Virus record (IMG/VR): IMGVR_UViG_3300028920_001037
Coordinates: 11,063 to 75,062 of that record
Strand: one strand, 5' to 3'
Length of the DNA stretch: 64,000 bases
Source: a virus
The translations under genes were made by a program, and so were the position numbers. How positions within the stretch are numbered: position 1 is the first letter of the stretch; each line of letters opens with the position of its first letter. The notes under the pieces are model-generated. The model was not told the DNA's origin and did not search any database. It saw nothing but the letters and a program-made list of their open reading frames with translations. Shown one piece after another: positions 9,874 through 17,884 of this stretch.

Positions 9874-10185
9874 TTATGGCAATATGATTCCACTATCGGT
9901 TTTCTTTGCAGCTATTGGTGGTTGACCACCCTGAATAACCTGAACTACTTGCTGTACATTATGATGAAGAACATTCATATTATTTGCAATGACATTAACC
10001 ATCTGAGCTAATCCACCCATATCATTACCAATGAAATCAATTGCCTCAAGCAATTCACCTTTAGTAACAGTTTCATCGGGATTCTCACTAAGCTTCTTAT
10101 GGAAAGCTTCATATGCTTTTTTATGTTCTTCCATTGCTTTTTTCATTTCTTCTTCAGTCATCTGTTTCTGTTCTTGTTTACTCAT
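9874..10185 (-). CDS. Hypothetical coiled-coil protein
   Basis: 103-aa ORF, ATGA overlap with upstream gene. Confidence 0.55.
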   Translation of the reverse strand: MSKQEQKQMTEEEMKKAMEEHKKAYEAFHKKLSENPDETVTKGELLEAIDFIGNDMGGLAQMVNVIANNMNVLHHNVQQVVQVIQGGQPPIAAKKTDSGIILP

Positions 10186-10703
10186 AGTTTGCTCCTAACT
10201 AGATTAAAATTATCTGGTAATGTATTCATTTTATCTTTTACTTGTTCCCAAGAATATGGGTAAAAATTATTAGTATCTACTCCACAATCAAAACTTTTAC
10301 CCCAAGGTTCTAACATTCCATGCGAGTGGCCATAAAGCGAAAAAGCATTATAATGAGATTTGTGCCATATCCTCATAGAACAATGAGATAAAGTTATATT
10401 TATTCCTTCTATTTTGGTATTTAATAATTGATTATATGAAGCAAATAAATGTTTACAGTTTTTAGTATTTTTATCATGAGAACCTAATATTAAATGAATA
10501 TTGCCATTTAATCTTCTTAAATGTTTTTGAACGTCACCAAAAGCAAAATCACCTAAATGATATACTATATCATTTTTTCTGACTACAGAATTCCAATTTG
10601 TAATAATAACCTCATCGTGTTCTTCTATAGAACTAAACGGTCTATTACAATATTTAATTATATTTCGGTGTGAAAAGTGCGTATCGGCTGTAAAATATAT
10701 CAT
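10182..10703 (-). CDS. Calcineurin-like metallophosphoesterase
   Basis: ADTHFSH, HLGDF, GSHD, SH, GHSH; start at ATG 10703 overlapping the GIY-YIG stop (ATGA). Confidence 0.88.
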   Translation of the reverse strand: MIYFTADTHFSHRNIIKYCNRPFSSIEEHDEVIITNWNSVVRKNDIVYHLGDFAFGDVQKHLRRLNGNIHLILGSHDKNTKNCKHLFASYNQLLNTKIEGINITLSHCSMRIWHKSHYNAFSLYGHSHGMLEPWGKSFDCGVDTNNFYPYSWEQVKDKMNTLPDNFNLVRSKL

Positions 10704-11317
10704 AATTGTTTTCTCAATTTCCACAGGCTAATATTTAATTTTCTACTGGCTTCTCTTAGCGATCCATATTCTATACCGTTTATAACTATTTGTATTGATT
10801 TTGGGTGTTCTTTTCCGGGTTTAAATGACGTTTTTAATTTTTTTCCATATAAATAATGTTCTTTTCCTCTATGATAATATCTATTAGCTATTTTCTTTTT
10901 TGAATCTTTTGAATGATGTTTTCCATAAAAGGGATTATTTTTTCCTAAAATATTTGGTCTTGGCCCCTTTAAGTTTTCAATATGTTTTTTTGATTTTGGT
11001 TTCCCTAATAAAGCCATTTTAATTTTTTGTTTATGAGTTTCTGATAAACTATCAACTCCATAACTTCCCAATCTCAAATTATAACCAATATTTGGATTAA
11101 TAGATTTTAATTTTTTAATCCAATAAATTTCTCTTTCATCAACTCCAGATATACAATGTTCAAGTATCTCTCTTTTAAAATTTTCTTTACCATATTTTTT
11201 AATATCTTCATTCAATTTAGATCCAGAACCTAAATATCCATCATCTGCACTACTATAATGTTTACCTACATAAATCTTTCCATTAACTAGATTTGTTGTT
11301 TTGTAAATAATACTCAT
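10700..11317 (-). mobile_element. Free-standing GIY-YIG (Seg-like) homing endonuclease with NUMOD3-like repeats
   Basis: IIYKTTNLVNGKIYVGKH, YLGSG, F.REILE, E.YWI, GYN; NPFYGKHHS. Confidence 0.9.
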
Positions 11318-11420
11318 AAGATACCCCCGATTAAGGTTTAAGTTGGAGATACCGGATAATCCTAAATCGGATAGGAAAGGTGATCAAACCCTGTCTCCAA
11401 GTATCCTATAAGTATTTATT
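11315..11420 (-). ncRNA. Late promoter plus structured 5' leader, copy 2
   Basis: AATAAATA; P1 GGATAC(T)TGGA/TCCGGTATCT; GAC; P2 AGGGT/ACCTT; P3 TCCTA-TCCGATT-TAGGA; TTA; P4 ACCT-TAATCGG-GGGT before ATG 11317. Confidence 0.7.
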
Positions 11421-11423
11421 ATT

Positions 11424-11717
11424 TTAAACCAATCCGAAGTGAACCAATAATTCATCATCAATCTTTCTATCTGGATTTCTATCTTTAATTATTTTAAAAC
11501 TGGAAAATTCTGCTTCTTTTAATTCATGTGTTATATATTTATCACATATATGTAACAGTCGAGTACTAATTCTACCTGGTCGTGAATTATAAAGATCTGA
11601 TGGACATACAAAAATTAATTCTTCATCGTTTTCACGAGCTTCTTCTCTTAATTTATATAAAGCTAAATCAAAATCTTTTACTAAAATATTTTTTAAATCA
11701 TCCCAAGTGACTATCAT
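11424..11717 (-). CDS. Hypothetical protein
   Basis: 97-aa ORF in operon. Confidence 0.55.
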   Translation of the reverse strand: MIVTWDDLKNILVKDFDLALYKLREEARENDEELIFVCPSDLYNSRPGRISTRLLHICDKYITHELKEAEFSSFKIIKDRNPDRKIDDELLVHFGLV

Positions 11718-11718
11718 A

Positions 11719-12012
11719 TTAACGACAACGACATATACTATAACATTTACTAGAAGTTTCCCAACCTAAATATCTACACCCATTACTATAAGTATGAATA
11801 AAAGCCGAGTCACCAATACCAACATCAACTAAAGTATATAGTATAAAAAATCTCTTATCAGTCTTAATCTGCATTTTAACAGGCTCATTCCATGAAGTCG
11901 GAACAACACTAGCATCTTTTATTATTCCAACATATTCCTTATTAACCATTATGGGTTGTTCAGAACAACCAATCAAAAACAATGCTACAACTAACAATAT
12001 CAATTTCTTCAT
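11719..12012 (-). CDS. Putative lipoprotein
   Basis: MKK plus hydrophobic stretch plus lipobox LIGC. Confidence 0.7.
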   Translation of the reverse strand: MKKLILLVVALFLIGCSEQPIMVNKEYVGIIKDASVVPTSWNEPVKMQIKTDKRFFILYTLVDVGIGDSAFIHTYSNGCRYLGWETSSKCYSICRCR

Positions 12013-12014
12013 AA

Positions 12015-12482
12015 TTACCTCAATCCATAGAAATAGAGTAAAGCCGCCCAGCCAGAGGGCAACATATTTGGAGCTTCTTTTAATTCTTTACCATATTTAA
12101 TTGCCATTTCTAACATAAACTTTGCATGAAAGAAAGCTTCCAACAAAGGTCTTGTATTCTTTTCCCAATGTTTGCCATGAGAAAGATGCTTATGGTTGGT
12201 TCCGTTTTTAAATATTTCCATAAAGGTTTCATTAAACTTTGTATCTTTAGGAGCTAAAGATTTTAACACATCAACAATCTTAATAGTTAGGTTTTGAATG
12301 TAATAGACCTTAGCTGAATAATGATAAAACCTATAGATACTATCTTCATAATTCCAATGACTGTTAATATCATCCCATAAATTATCTAAATCAGATAATC
12401 TATTTTGGATATTAGTTAACAGTTCTTGATTGCGTTTGGCTAATTCTTCAAAGTAGTTATTGTTCATTATTAAAAAACACAT
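12015..12482 (-). CDS. Hypothetical protein
   Basis: YRFYH.S.KV, LEAFFHAK, LPSGWAALLY; function unknown. Confidence 0.6.
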   Translation of the reverse strand: MCFLIMNNNYFEELAKRNQELLTNIQNRLSDLDNLWDDINSHWNYEDSIYRFYHYSAKVYYIQNLTIKIVDVLKSLAPKDTKFNETFMEIFKNGTNHKHLSHGKHWEKNTRPLLEAFFHAKFMLEMAIKYGKELKEAPNMLPSGWAALLYFYGLR

Positions 12483-13009
12483 TTAACAAAGTGGCAACCG
12501 GCATCTTTCATTTCTTGAATAGATGTTTCTGTATTTTTTTCATCAACACCAGCGATGGCATTCTCAAAAATATATACATCAATATTTCTTTTACGGAGTC
12601 CAAGTGCCGCGGCCTTAATACATACATCTGCGGCTACTCCTGCCAGCCATACTTCTGTAACCTTCTTATCTTTCAACCACTTATCAATATCTTTGTTGCC
12701 AAGTTTTCCATCGAATACATCATAAGTTTTCTTATCAAAGTAAACAGCCTTTTTAGTTTTAGTCTTAGCTTCTGGAATAAGTTCAGCGCCTGGCGTATCT
12801 GTGATACAATGAGGTGGAAATGTTTTAAATTCGGGGTCAGAACTATCATGTTGGTCTTGTGTAAAGAAAATATCACATTTGCGCTGTACTGCAAAACTAA
12901 CAAGGTTCTTTATATTTTTCTTAATGCTTGTCGCATTAGGAACATATAAATTTCCATTTTCATTCATAAAGTCATTCTGCACGTCTATGAAACCAAACAC
13001 TCTGTTCAT
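12470..13009 (-). CDS. pncA: Nicotinamidase (isochorismatase family)
   Basis: IDVQNDF, G.L.V, DQH, FPPHC...T.GA, K, GVAADVC (catalytic Cys); start at ATG 13009 after AAGGGG. Confidence 0.9.
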   Translation of the reverse strand: MNRVFGFIDVQNDFMNENGNLYVPNATSIKKNIKNLVSFAVQRKCDIFFTQDQHDSSDPEFKTFPPHCITDTPGAELIPEAKTKTKKAVYFDKKTYDVFDGKLGNKDIDKWLKDKKVTEVWLAGVAADVCIKAAALGLRKRNIDVYIFENAIAGVDEKNTETSIQEMKDAGCHFVKCVF

Positions 13010-13044
13010 ACGAACCCCTTTCAAATTGTTATATTTCTATATAT

Positions 13045-13073
13045 AATATAATTCTTTTTAAACGAAAAGTCAA
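13045..13073 (-). promoter_or_regulatory. Sigma70-type (early) promoter
   Basis: TTGACT-17bp-TATATT upstream of pncA. Confidence 0.8.
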
Positions 13074-13087
13074 GTCTTTTAGTTTAG

Positions 13088-13468
13088 TTATATTTTTAGA
13101 TCATCAATTATCTTTTGTTGTTTTTCCATTTCAATTTCTGTTCTCTCTCTAGCCTGTTCGTTTCTCATATTTTCATATCTTGTTTCTAATTCTTGTAGCT
13201 TTGCTGTAGCTATTGCCATTTTAAAGATATTAGCTAAGATAGCCATCGATTCTTTCTGCTTAACATTTTGTAGTAAATATAATAACATATCAAAAAACTT
13301 TACATATGTTAGTCTTTTACTTTTAAGCGATACAATTATATTTGCAACTATTCTTTTTTGAACCGTTGCAAACCTTAAATTAACCTCAAGTTTCAAAAGA
13401 TATTCTAAGAAGTCTTTTATATGTTCTTCTTTTGGTTTTAATGTTCTTGATACTCTTGGTATTTGCAT
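13088..13468 (-). CDS. Hypothetical protein
   Basis: 126-aa ORF after the ligase C-half. Confidence 0.55.
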   Translation of the reverse strand: MQIPRVSRTLKPKEEHIKDFLEYLLKLEVNLRFATVQKRIVANIIVSLKSKRLTYVKFFDMLLYLLQNVKQKESMAILANIFKMAIATAKLQELETRYENMRNEQARERTEIEMEKQQKIIDDLKI

Positions 13469-13471
13469 TTA

Positions 13472-14311
13472 TTACATTCCTATCATTTTAAAGAAATCTT
13501 CCTCACTAATGATTCTAATTCCTAGTTGATTTGCTTTCTTAGTCTTTGAAGATGTTGAACTAGGATCTGCTTGAATTAATCCAGATACACCCTTCTTAAC
13601 CGTCTTTTCACAAGAACCACCGTTCTCATAAACCAATTCCTGCAACATGTTTCTTGTGTACCTGTTTCCGTTTTCATCGATTCTCTGAACTGCACCAGTA
13701 AATACAAAAACTTCTCCATCCAATTGACTTGAACTCACTTCAACCTCCTTAGGTTTTTCAACACCTTTTATTGTGATAACTTCCAATAATTTTTTAATTG
13801 TAGTTTTCTTTTTGGACAATCCATAAACAATTTCTTCTGCAACTCTATCACCAATTCCTTTAATACGGACAAGTTCTTCCTCACCTATATTTAACATTTT
13901 ATCCAGAGTATCAATTCCATTTTCAATCAATAATTCTGCTCTAGACTTTGAAAAATTAGGAATGTTTAATCCATCAATGAAGGTTGCTAAATCTATTTCT
14001 TTCTTGTCATTAAAGTTCTTAATAATCTTCTTAGCTGACTTAGTTCCCATGCCCTGAAGATTTGCTATTCTGTTTTCATCAAGTCGATAGAAATCTGAAG
14101 GGTCATAGACTATTTCAGCATTTTCAAACAATTCAATAGTCTTTATACTTATTGCATCAATGTCAAGTGCATCAACCCATTTCTGAAGATTGCCTATCCT
14201 TAATCCTTTACATTCAGTATTTTCACACATTAAATAAGTTCCGTCGTTATTTAATTCTTCATTACACATTGGACACCATAAAGGCGGTTTGAAATATTTT
14301 TTATTCTCCAT
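13472..14311 (-). CDS. ligA: NAD-dependent DNA ligase, C-terminal half (Zn finger, HhH, BRCT)
   Basis: CPMC...C.N..C, GMGTKSA, L.IP, IKGIG HhH repeats, BRCT FVFTG..R...GG...K.KKA..LGI.IISE. Confidence 0.88.
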   Translation of the reverse strand: MENKKYFKPPLWCPMCNEELNNDGTYLMCENTECKGLRIGNLQKWVDALDIDAISIKTIELFENAEIVYDPSDFYRLDENRIANLQGMGTKSAKKIIKNFNDKKEIDLATFIDGLNIPNFSKSRAELLIENGIDTLDKMLNIGEEELVRIKGIGDRVAEEIVYGLSKKKTTIKKLLEVITIKGVEKPKEVEVSSSQLDGEVFVFTGAVQRIDENGNRYTRNMLQELVYENGGSCEKTVKKGVSGLIQADPSSTSSKTKKANQLGIRIISEEDFFKMIGM

Positions 14312-14314
14312 AAA

Positions 14315-14460
14315 CTATTCCCTTCTTTTCAAATATAATTTAAACTCTTTTTCTGTTTTTCCTTTTTTACTAAACTAATTTTATGTTTTTTAAGATGCGC
14401 GTTAATTATTTGTTTAAATTTTTGACCACAAATTTTACATCTAACAAAATTTTGATTCAT
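14315..14460 (-). pseudogene. Internally deleted homing-endonuclease remnant
   Basis: MNQNFVRCKICGQKFKQIINAHLKKH (C2H2-like) stops at 14329; another frame reads SKKGKTEKEFKLYLKRRE* (HNH-like C-terminus) ending at 14315. Confidence 0.6.
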
Positions 14461-14560
14461 AAAACCTCCACATTAGGTTAATAGCAGGAAGCATAAAGTA
14501 ATCCTTATGTGGAAAGGAAACGGAATGATCGCTAGTCCTTTATACTCCCTATTATTTATA
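14458..14560 (-). ncRNA. Late promoter plus structured 5' leader, copy 3
   Basis: TATAAATA 14560-14553; P1 AGGGAGTATAAAG/CTTTATGCTTCCT; GAC; weak P2; P3 TCCTT-TCCACAT-AAGGA; TTA; P4 AACCT-AATGTGG-AGGTT before ATG 14460. Confidence 0.72.
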
Positions 14561-14563
14561 ATT

Positions 14564-15691
14564 TTACTCAATAATTTTTTCAATTTGTGGTATAACATCT
14601 CCACGTCTAGAAATTAAAACTTTTGCATTTTTATAAGGTTTAAGTTCATTAAAAACTTTTAAATTATGTAATGATGCTTTTGTTACTACTACACCACCAA
14701 CTTTAACGGGTTTAAGTATAGCAACTGGTGTAATTCTACCACTAGATCCAGTCTGCCATTCTATATTTTCTAAAATAGTTTCAGCCTTCATTGCACCGAA
14801 TTTCCAGGCTATATGTGCCTTTGGATTTCCATTAAGTTCACCCAAAATTTTTTGTAATTTAACATTATTGCATTTTACTACGAGACCATCTATATCATAT
14901 TTAGTTTGTGCCCTTAAATGGTCTTCATAATCATTATAAACATTAACAGCATCATTAACTGTTACTTTTTTATAATAACATGTTTTAATATTATTATCTT
15001 TTAACCATTGTAGTTTTTGTTCTTCAGTTTCCCAATCACCTGTAATATCATAATACAATACTGTAAGGTATTCTGAATTAGTTCCATCATATCGTTTTGA
15101 TATACCACTAGCTGCATTTCTTGGATTCTTCATTTCTTTTTCACATCGTTCCATCAAAATGAAGTTTAGTTTCTCAAAATCAGAAACAAGCATTATAATT
15201 TCTCCACGAAGGGAACCTGTAAAATTTTTAATGTTACCCAACACATTCTTCATTTTCCTAACATTGTTGAGTATATTTTCACCTTCAATTCCATCTCCAC
15301 GGGTAATTGCCTTAACTAATTTGCCGTTTTCATACTCAAGGTCAACGCTAATTCCATCCAATTTATCCATGATTATATAGTGCGAATCTCCGATGGTATC
15401 AGACCATTTGATAAATTCTTCTTGCGTATTTACCTTATTTAGGGAACACATGGGGATTTTATGGGTAGCCTTCTCCCATTCTGTGACACCAACTTTAGCT
15501 CCGATGCGATTAACGAAATCATCTGTGGGAAATCTTTCAGCATATATTTTAGTAGCTTCGTCAAACTCTTGGTCTGACATGGTTGGTTCTGATTTGTTAT
15601 AATAGTGGTCGCTAGCTTCAAGTAGCATTTTTTTGAGGTCTTCTTGTTTCATATGTCTAAACACATCATATAAATTTATTACCGACATCAT
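14564..15691 (-). CDS. ligA: NAD-dependent DNA ligase, N-terminal half (Ia, adenylation, OB)
   Basis: YY....P.MSD.EFD, H..PM.SL, KLDG, TRGDG..GE, RGE, NPRNAASG, DGLVVK, AWKF, GRITPVA, ASLHN, RRGDVIP then TAA. Confidence 0.92.
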   Translation of the reverse strand: MMSVINLYDVFRHMKQEDLKKMLLEASDHYYNKSEPTMSDQEFDEATKIYAERFPTDDFVNRIGAKVGVTEWEKATHKIPMCSLNKVNTQEEFIKWSDTIGDSHYIIMDKLDGISVDLEYENGKLVKAITRGDGIEGENILNNVRKMKNVLGNIKNFTGSLRGEIIMLVSDFEKLNFILMERCEKEMKNPRNAASGISKRYDGTNSEYLTVLYYDITGDWETEEQKLQWLKDNNIKTCYYKKVTVNDAVNVYNDYEDHLRAQTKYDIDGLVVKCNNVKLQKILGELNGNPKAHIAWKFGAMKAETILENIEWQTGSSGRITPVAILKPVKVGGVVVTKASLHNLKVFNELKPYKNAKVLISRRGDVIPQIEKIIE

Positions 15692-15719
15692 CTACAACTC
15701 CTTAATTTTTACAGTTATA

Positions 15720-15790
15720 ATATTCCTATGTGTGCCATATTCCTAATCAGTAATATTGCCCATATAGGAATATAGAATATTGACCATATA
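15720..15790. repeat. Short direct and inverted repeats in the ligase 5' leader
   Basis: ATATTCCTA at 15720 and 15737, inverted at 15765-15773; AATATTG[C/A]CCATATA at 15752 and 15776. Confidence 0.5.
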
Positions 15791-15792
15791 AT

Positions 15793-15821
15793 AATATAAT
15801 AGTTTATTGTTGAAATGTCAA
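15793..15821 (-). promoter_or_regulatory. Sigma70-type (early) promoter
   Basis: TTGACA-17bp-TATATT upstream of the ligase. Confidence 0.8.
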
Positions 15822-15824
15822 GGG

Positions 15825-15869
15825 AAAAATAAAGAAGGATGTAACCCTCTCGTGAGTTAGGTTACATCC
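15825..15869 (-). terminator. Intrinsic terminator
   Basis: 10-bp stem GGATGTAACC/GGTTACATCC followed by TTCTTTATTTTT on the minus strand. Confidence 0.8.
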
Positions 15870-15914
15870 CATCTATGAATAACGCTCCGATGTCTATTAC
15901 TCGTTGCGTAGTTC

Positions 15915-16307
15915 TTATCTTATCTCCATCGTTTTTGGTGATGCTGAAAGACTAAAACTAAAATTTTGGTCTAAGGTTAAGAAAGGTTTCTCACAGGGTC
16001 CACCTTTTCCCCCAAATTCTACATGATTACATCTATGAGCAGTTATCTGAGCTTTAGCTTTGGGTCCTATTAAACTTTTAATTGCATTAAATACTGCACT
16101 AGTATTGTTTTCATCCTCGTAAACTGCATCAATATAAACTCCTGTTGATACTTCTTTTATTTTATTACTACCAAGAACTTGTGTTTTCAATGCTGGTTTA
16201 GATTGTTTAGTATCAGTTACAATATCAGTTGATGTATTCAAAATATTTTCAAGTTGAGAAAGTTTATTTTCTCCTTCAACATATCCTGTTATTCTTATTA
16301 CTGCCAT
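15915..16307 (-). CDS. Hypothetical protein
   Basis: 130-aa ORF; H.C.H...C motif. Confidence 0.55.
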   Translation of the reverse strand: MAVIRITGYVEGENKLSQLENILNTSTDIVTDTKQSKPALKTQVLGSNKIKEVSTGVYIDAVYEDENNTSAVFNAIKSLIGPKAKAQITAHRCNHVEFGGKGGPCEKPFLTLDQNFSFSLSASPKTMEIR

Positions 16308-16309
16308 TT

Positions 16310-16513
16310 TTATTTTTCTTCGGAAATTACTTTATTAATACTACTTAATATGGTATTTTTAACAGCGCTTGTACTTTCAATTCTGATGTCATTATCTTCG
16401 TTGGGAAGATATTTCATATTTGCCGCTACCTCACTAACAACATCTTCTATATCTTGGTTATCGCGGTGGCTGATTGTCATTTTGATTTCAACATTGGATG
16501 TGGTAAGTTTCAT
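16310..16513 (-). CDS. Hypothetical protein
   Basis: 67-aa ORF in operon. Confidence 0.5.
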   Translation of the reverse strand: MKLTTSNVEIKMTISHRDNQDIEDVVSEVAANMKYLPNEDNDIRIESTSAVKNTILSSINKVISEEK

Positions 16514-16514
16514 A

Positions 16515-16889
16515 TTAATACATCTCTGAAGCTGGTGTTCCGTAGTCTTCGTCTGTTCCGTAACCTGCTGAAGCTAATGTATCGGCATCTGCTTCTACAT
16601 CGCTCATATCAACAGGCTCATCATATTCTTCCTCTGCGCTAGATTCAATATAGCTTTTAAGAGCTGAAAGAATATTATAGTCATCATCAAAGACTTGTGG
16701 GTTAGCTGATTTCATATCACTAACAAAATCTGCTATAATACTTTTAACATCACCCATCATTTCTTCAAGAGTGTTTTTCTTTTCTGTTTCCTTAGAGAGG
16801 TCTACGACTTCTTCAGGACCATCTTTTAAATTGAGATTAAGGTTTTCTTCTTGCGATAAACCTTCTTTTAAATATTTTTCGAAACTCAT
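16515..16889 (-). CDS. Putative capsid-targeted internal protein
   Basis: N-terminus MSFEKYLKE; acidic C-terminus. Confidence 0.6.
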   Translation of the reverse strand: MSFEKYLKEGLSQEENLNLNLKDGPEEVVDLSKETEKKNTLEEMMGDVKSIIADFVSDMKSANPQVFDDDYNILSALKSYIESSAEEEYDEPVDMSDVEADADTLASAGYGTDEDYGTPASEMY

Positions 16890-17189
16890 ATTAAATATCC
16901 TCTATTTCATATGCATTTAAATCCCAAATAAATTCTTTAATAGTTAAACCATGCTGTTCTAAAATTTTATTAATATCTTTTCTCATATTTATCATAAAAG
17001 CTTTTTGTTCTGGAGTTGGTTTATAATTTTTCATCGTTTGTCCAGTAACGCCGCGACCCATAAAAGCTTTTGTAAACCTATGTTCTTTTGGTCTAATTCG
17101 CATGGTAATATCATATTCTGCCACTTCTTCATTTGGATTTATATCTGAGTATATATTTTCTTTTAAATATTTTTCGAAACTCATATTAA
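16863..17189. repeat. 32-bp perfect direct repeat flanking gene 16891-17184
   Basis: TTCTTTTAAATATTTTTCGAAACTCATATTAA at 16863-16894 and 17158-17189 (upstream stop, ATG and MSFEKYLKE on the minus strand). Confidence 0.85.
16891..17184 (-). CDS. Putative capsid-targeted internal protein
   Basis: N-terminus MSFEKYLKE. Confidence 0.6.
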   Translation of the reverse strand: MSFEKYLKENIYSDINPNEEVAEYDITMRIRPKEHRFTKAFMGRGVTGQTMKNYKPTPEQKAFMINMRKDINKILEQHGLTIKEFIWDLNAYEIEDI

Positions 17190-17830
17190 TAGCCCCCTTC
17201 TTTATCTAGCTTATCACTTTTCTGATAAGTCATATGGTCTGGATTAGTTTTAATATCTTCTGGTTTTTCATAGACATCAAAAGTTTCTTCGTTGTCATTA
17301 AGTTTTGTATAGGCCATTTCCATTGAGGTCTGGTCTTCTTTGAGTTCTTCTCTTGTGAAGATAAATCTGTTATAAATCTTTTCTTCGCCTTCATCATTTG
17401 AAACATCATAGTTCTTATCTCTATCTTCAGTTATAGCAGATTCGTCTATAAAATTATAATCTTTAATTTTCTTCGCTAACGCTTTAGCAATATTATTATA
17501 GGCAGGATATTTTTCGGATGCTCTCCAGTAGAACTTAGTTGGGTTTTTAAGTTCAACCCATTCTGAAAGAGCCTCAACAAAAGCATTTTCAACTTCTTTT
17601 GTTTCTTCTATGGTTTCGGTATTGCCTAACCATTTCTTACGGAGTTGAAGTTTCCATGCACCGTCATCATATTCTGTACCTTCTGATTCAGCTATACATG
17701 AATATGTTGTTCCACCAACTTTAAAATAAATTTCGAACCCACCTTTCGCTCTATCAAACCAGACATTACATCTGCCCATTCTCATGTTTGGTGATTCTAA
17801 TTCTTCTGTAAGATACTTTTGAAAACTCAT
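17186..17830 (-). CDS. Putative capsid-targeted internal protein
   Basis: N-terminus MSFQKYLTE; first gene after a late box. Confidence 0.6.
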   Translation of the reverse strand: MSFQKYLTEELESPNMRMGRCNVWFDRAKGGFEIYFKVGGTTYSCIAESEGTEYDDGAWKLQLRKKWLGNTETIEETKEVENAFVEALSEWVELKNPTKFYWRASEKYPAYNNIAKALAKKIKDYNFIDESAITEDRDKNYDVSNDEGEEKIYNRFIFTREELKEDQTSMEMAYTKLNDNEETFDVYEKPEDIKTNPDHMTYQKSDKLDKEGGY

Positions 17831-17873
17831 GTTGACTCCTTTAAAAATTAAAAGCTTATAACACTCTTTATTA

Positions 17874-17881
17874 TATTTATA
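17874..17881 (-). promoter_or_regulatory. T4-type late promoter
   Basis: TATAAATA in an intergenic gap. Confidence 0.65.
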
Positions 17882-17884
17882 ATA

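Noticed and set aside
14312-14563. Group I/II intron or intein interrupting ligA
   Set aside because: Only about 250 bp, no recognisable catalytic core, the upstream half has a stop codon and the downstream half has its own RBS and ATG; a split gene fits better, though RT-PCR is needed to exclude splicing.
15692-15914. tRNA or other known RNA gene in the largest intergenic gap
   Set aside because: No cloverleaf or T-loop consensus seen; the hairpin is explained as an intrinsic terminator. No tRNA was recognised anywhere in the window by eye (tRNAscan-SE not run).
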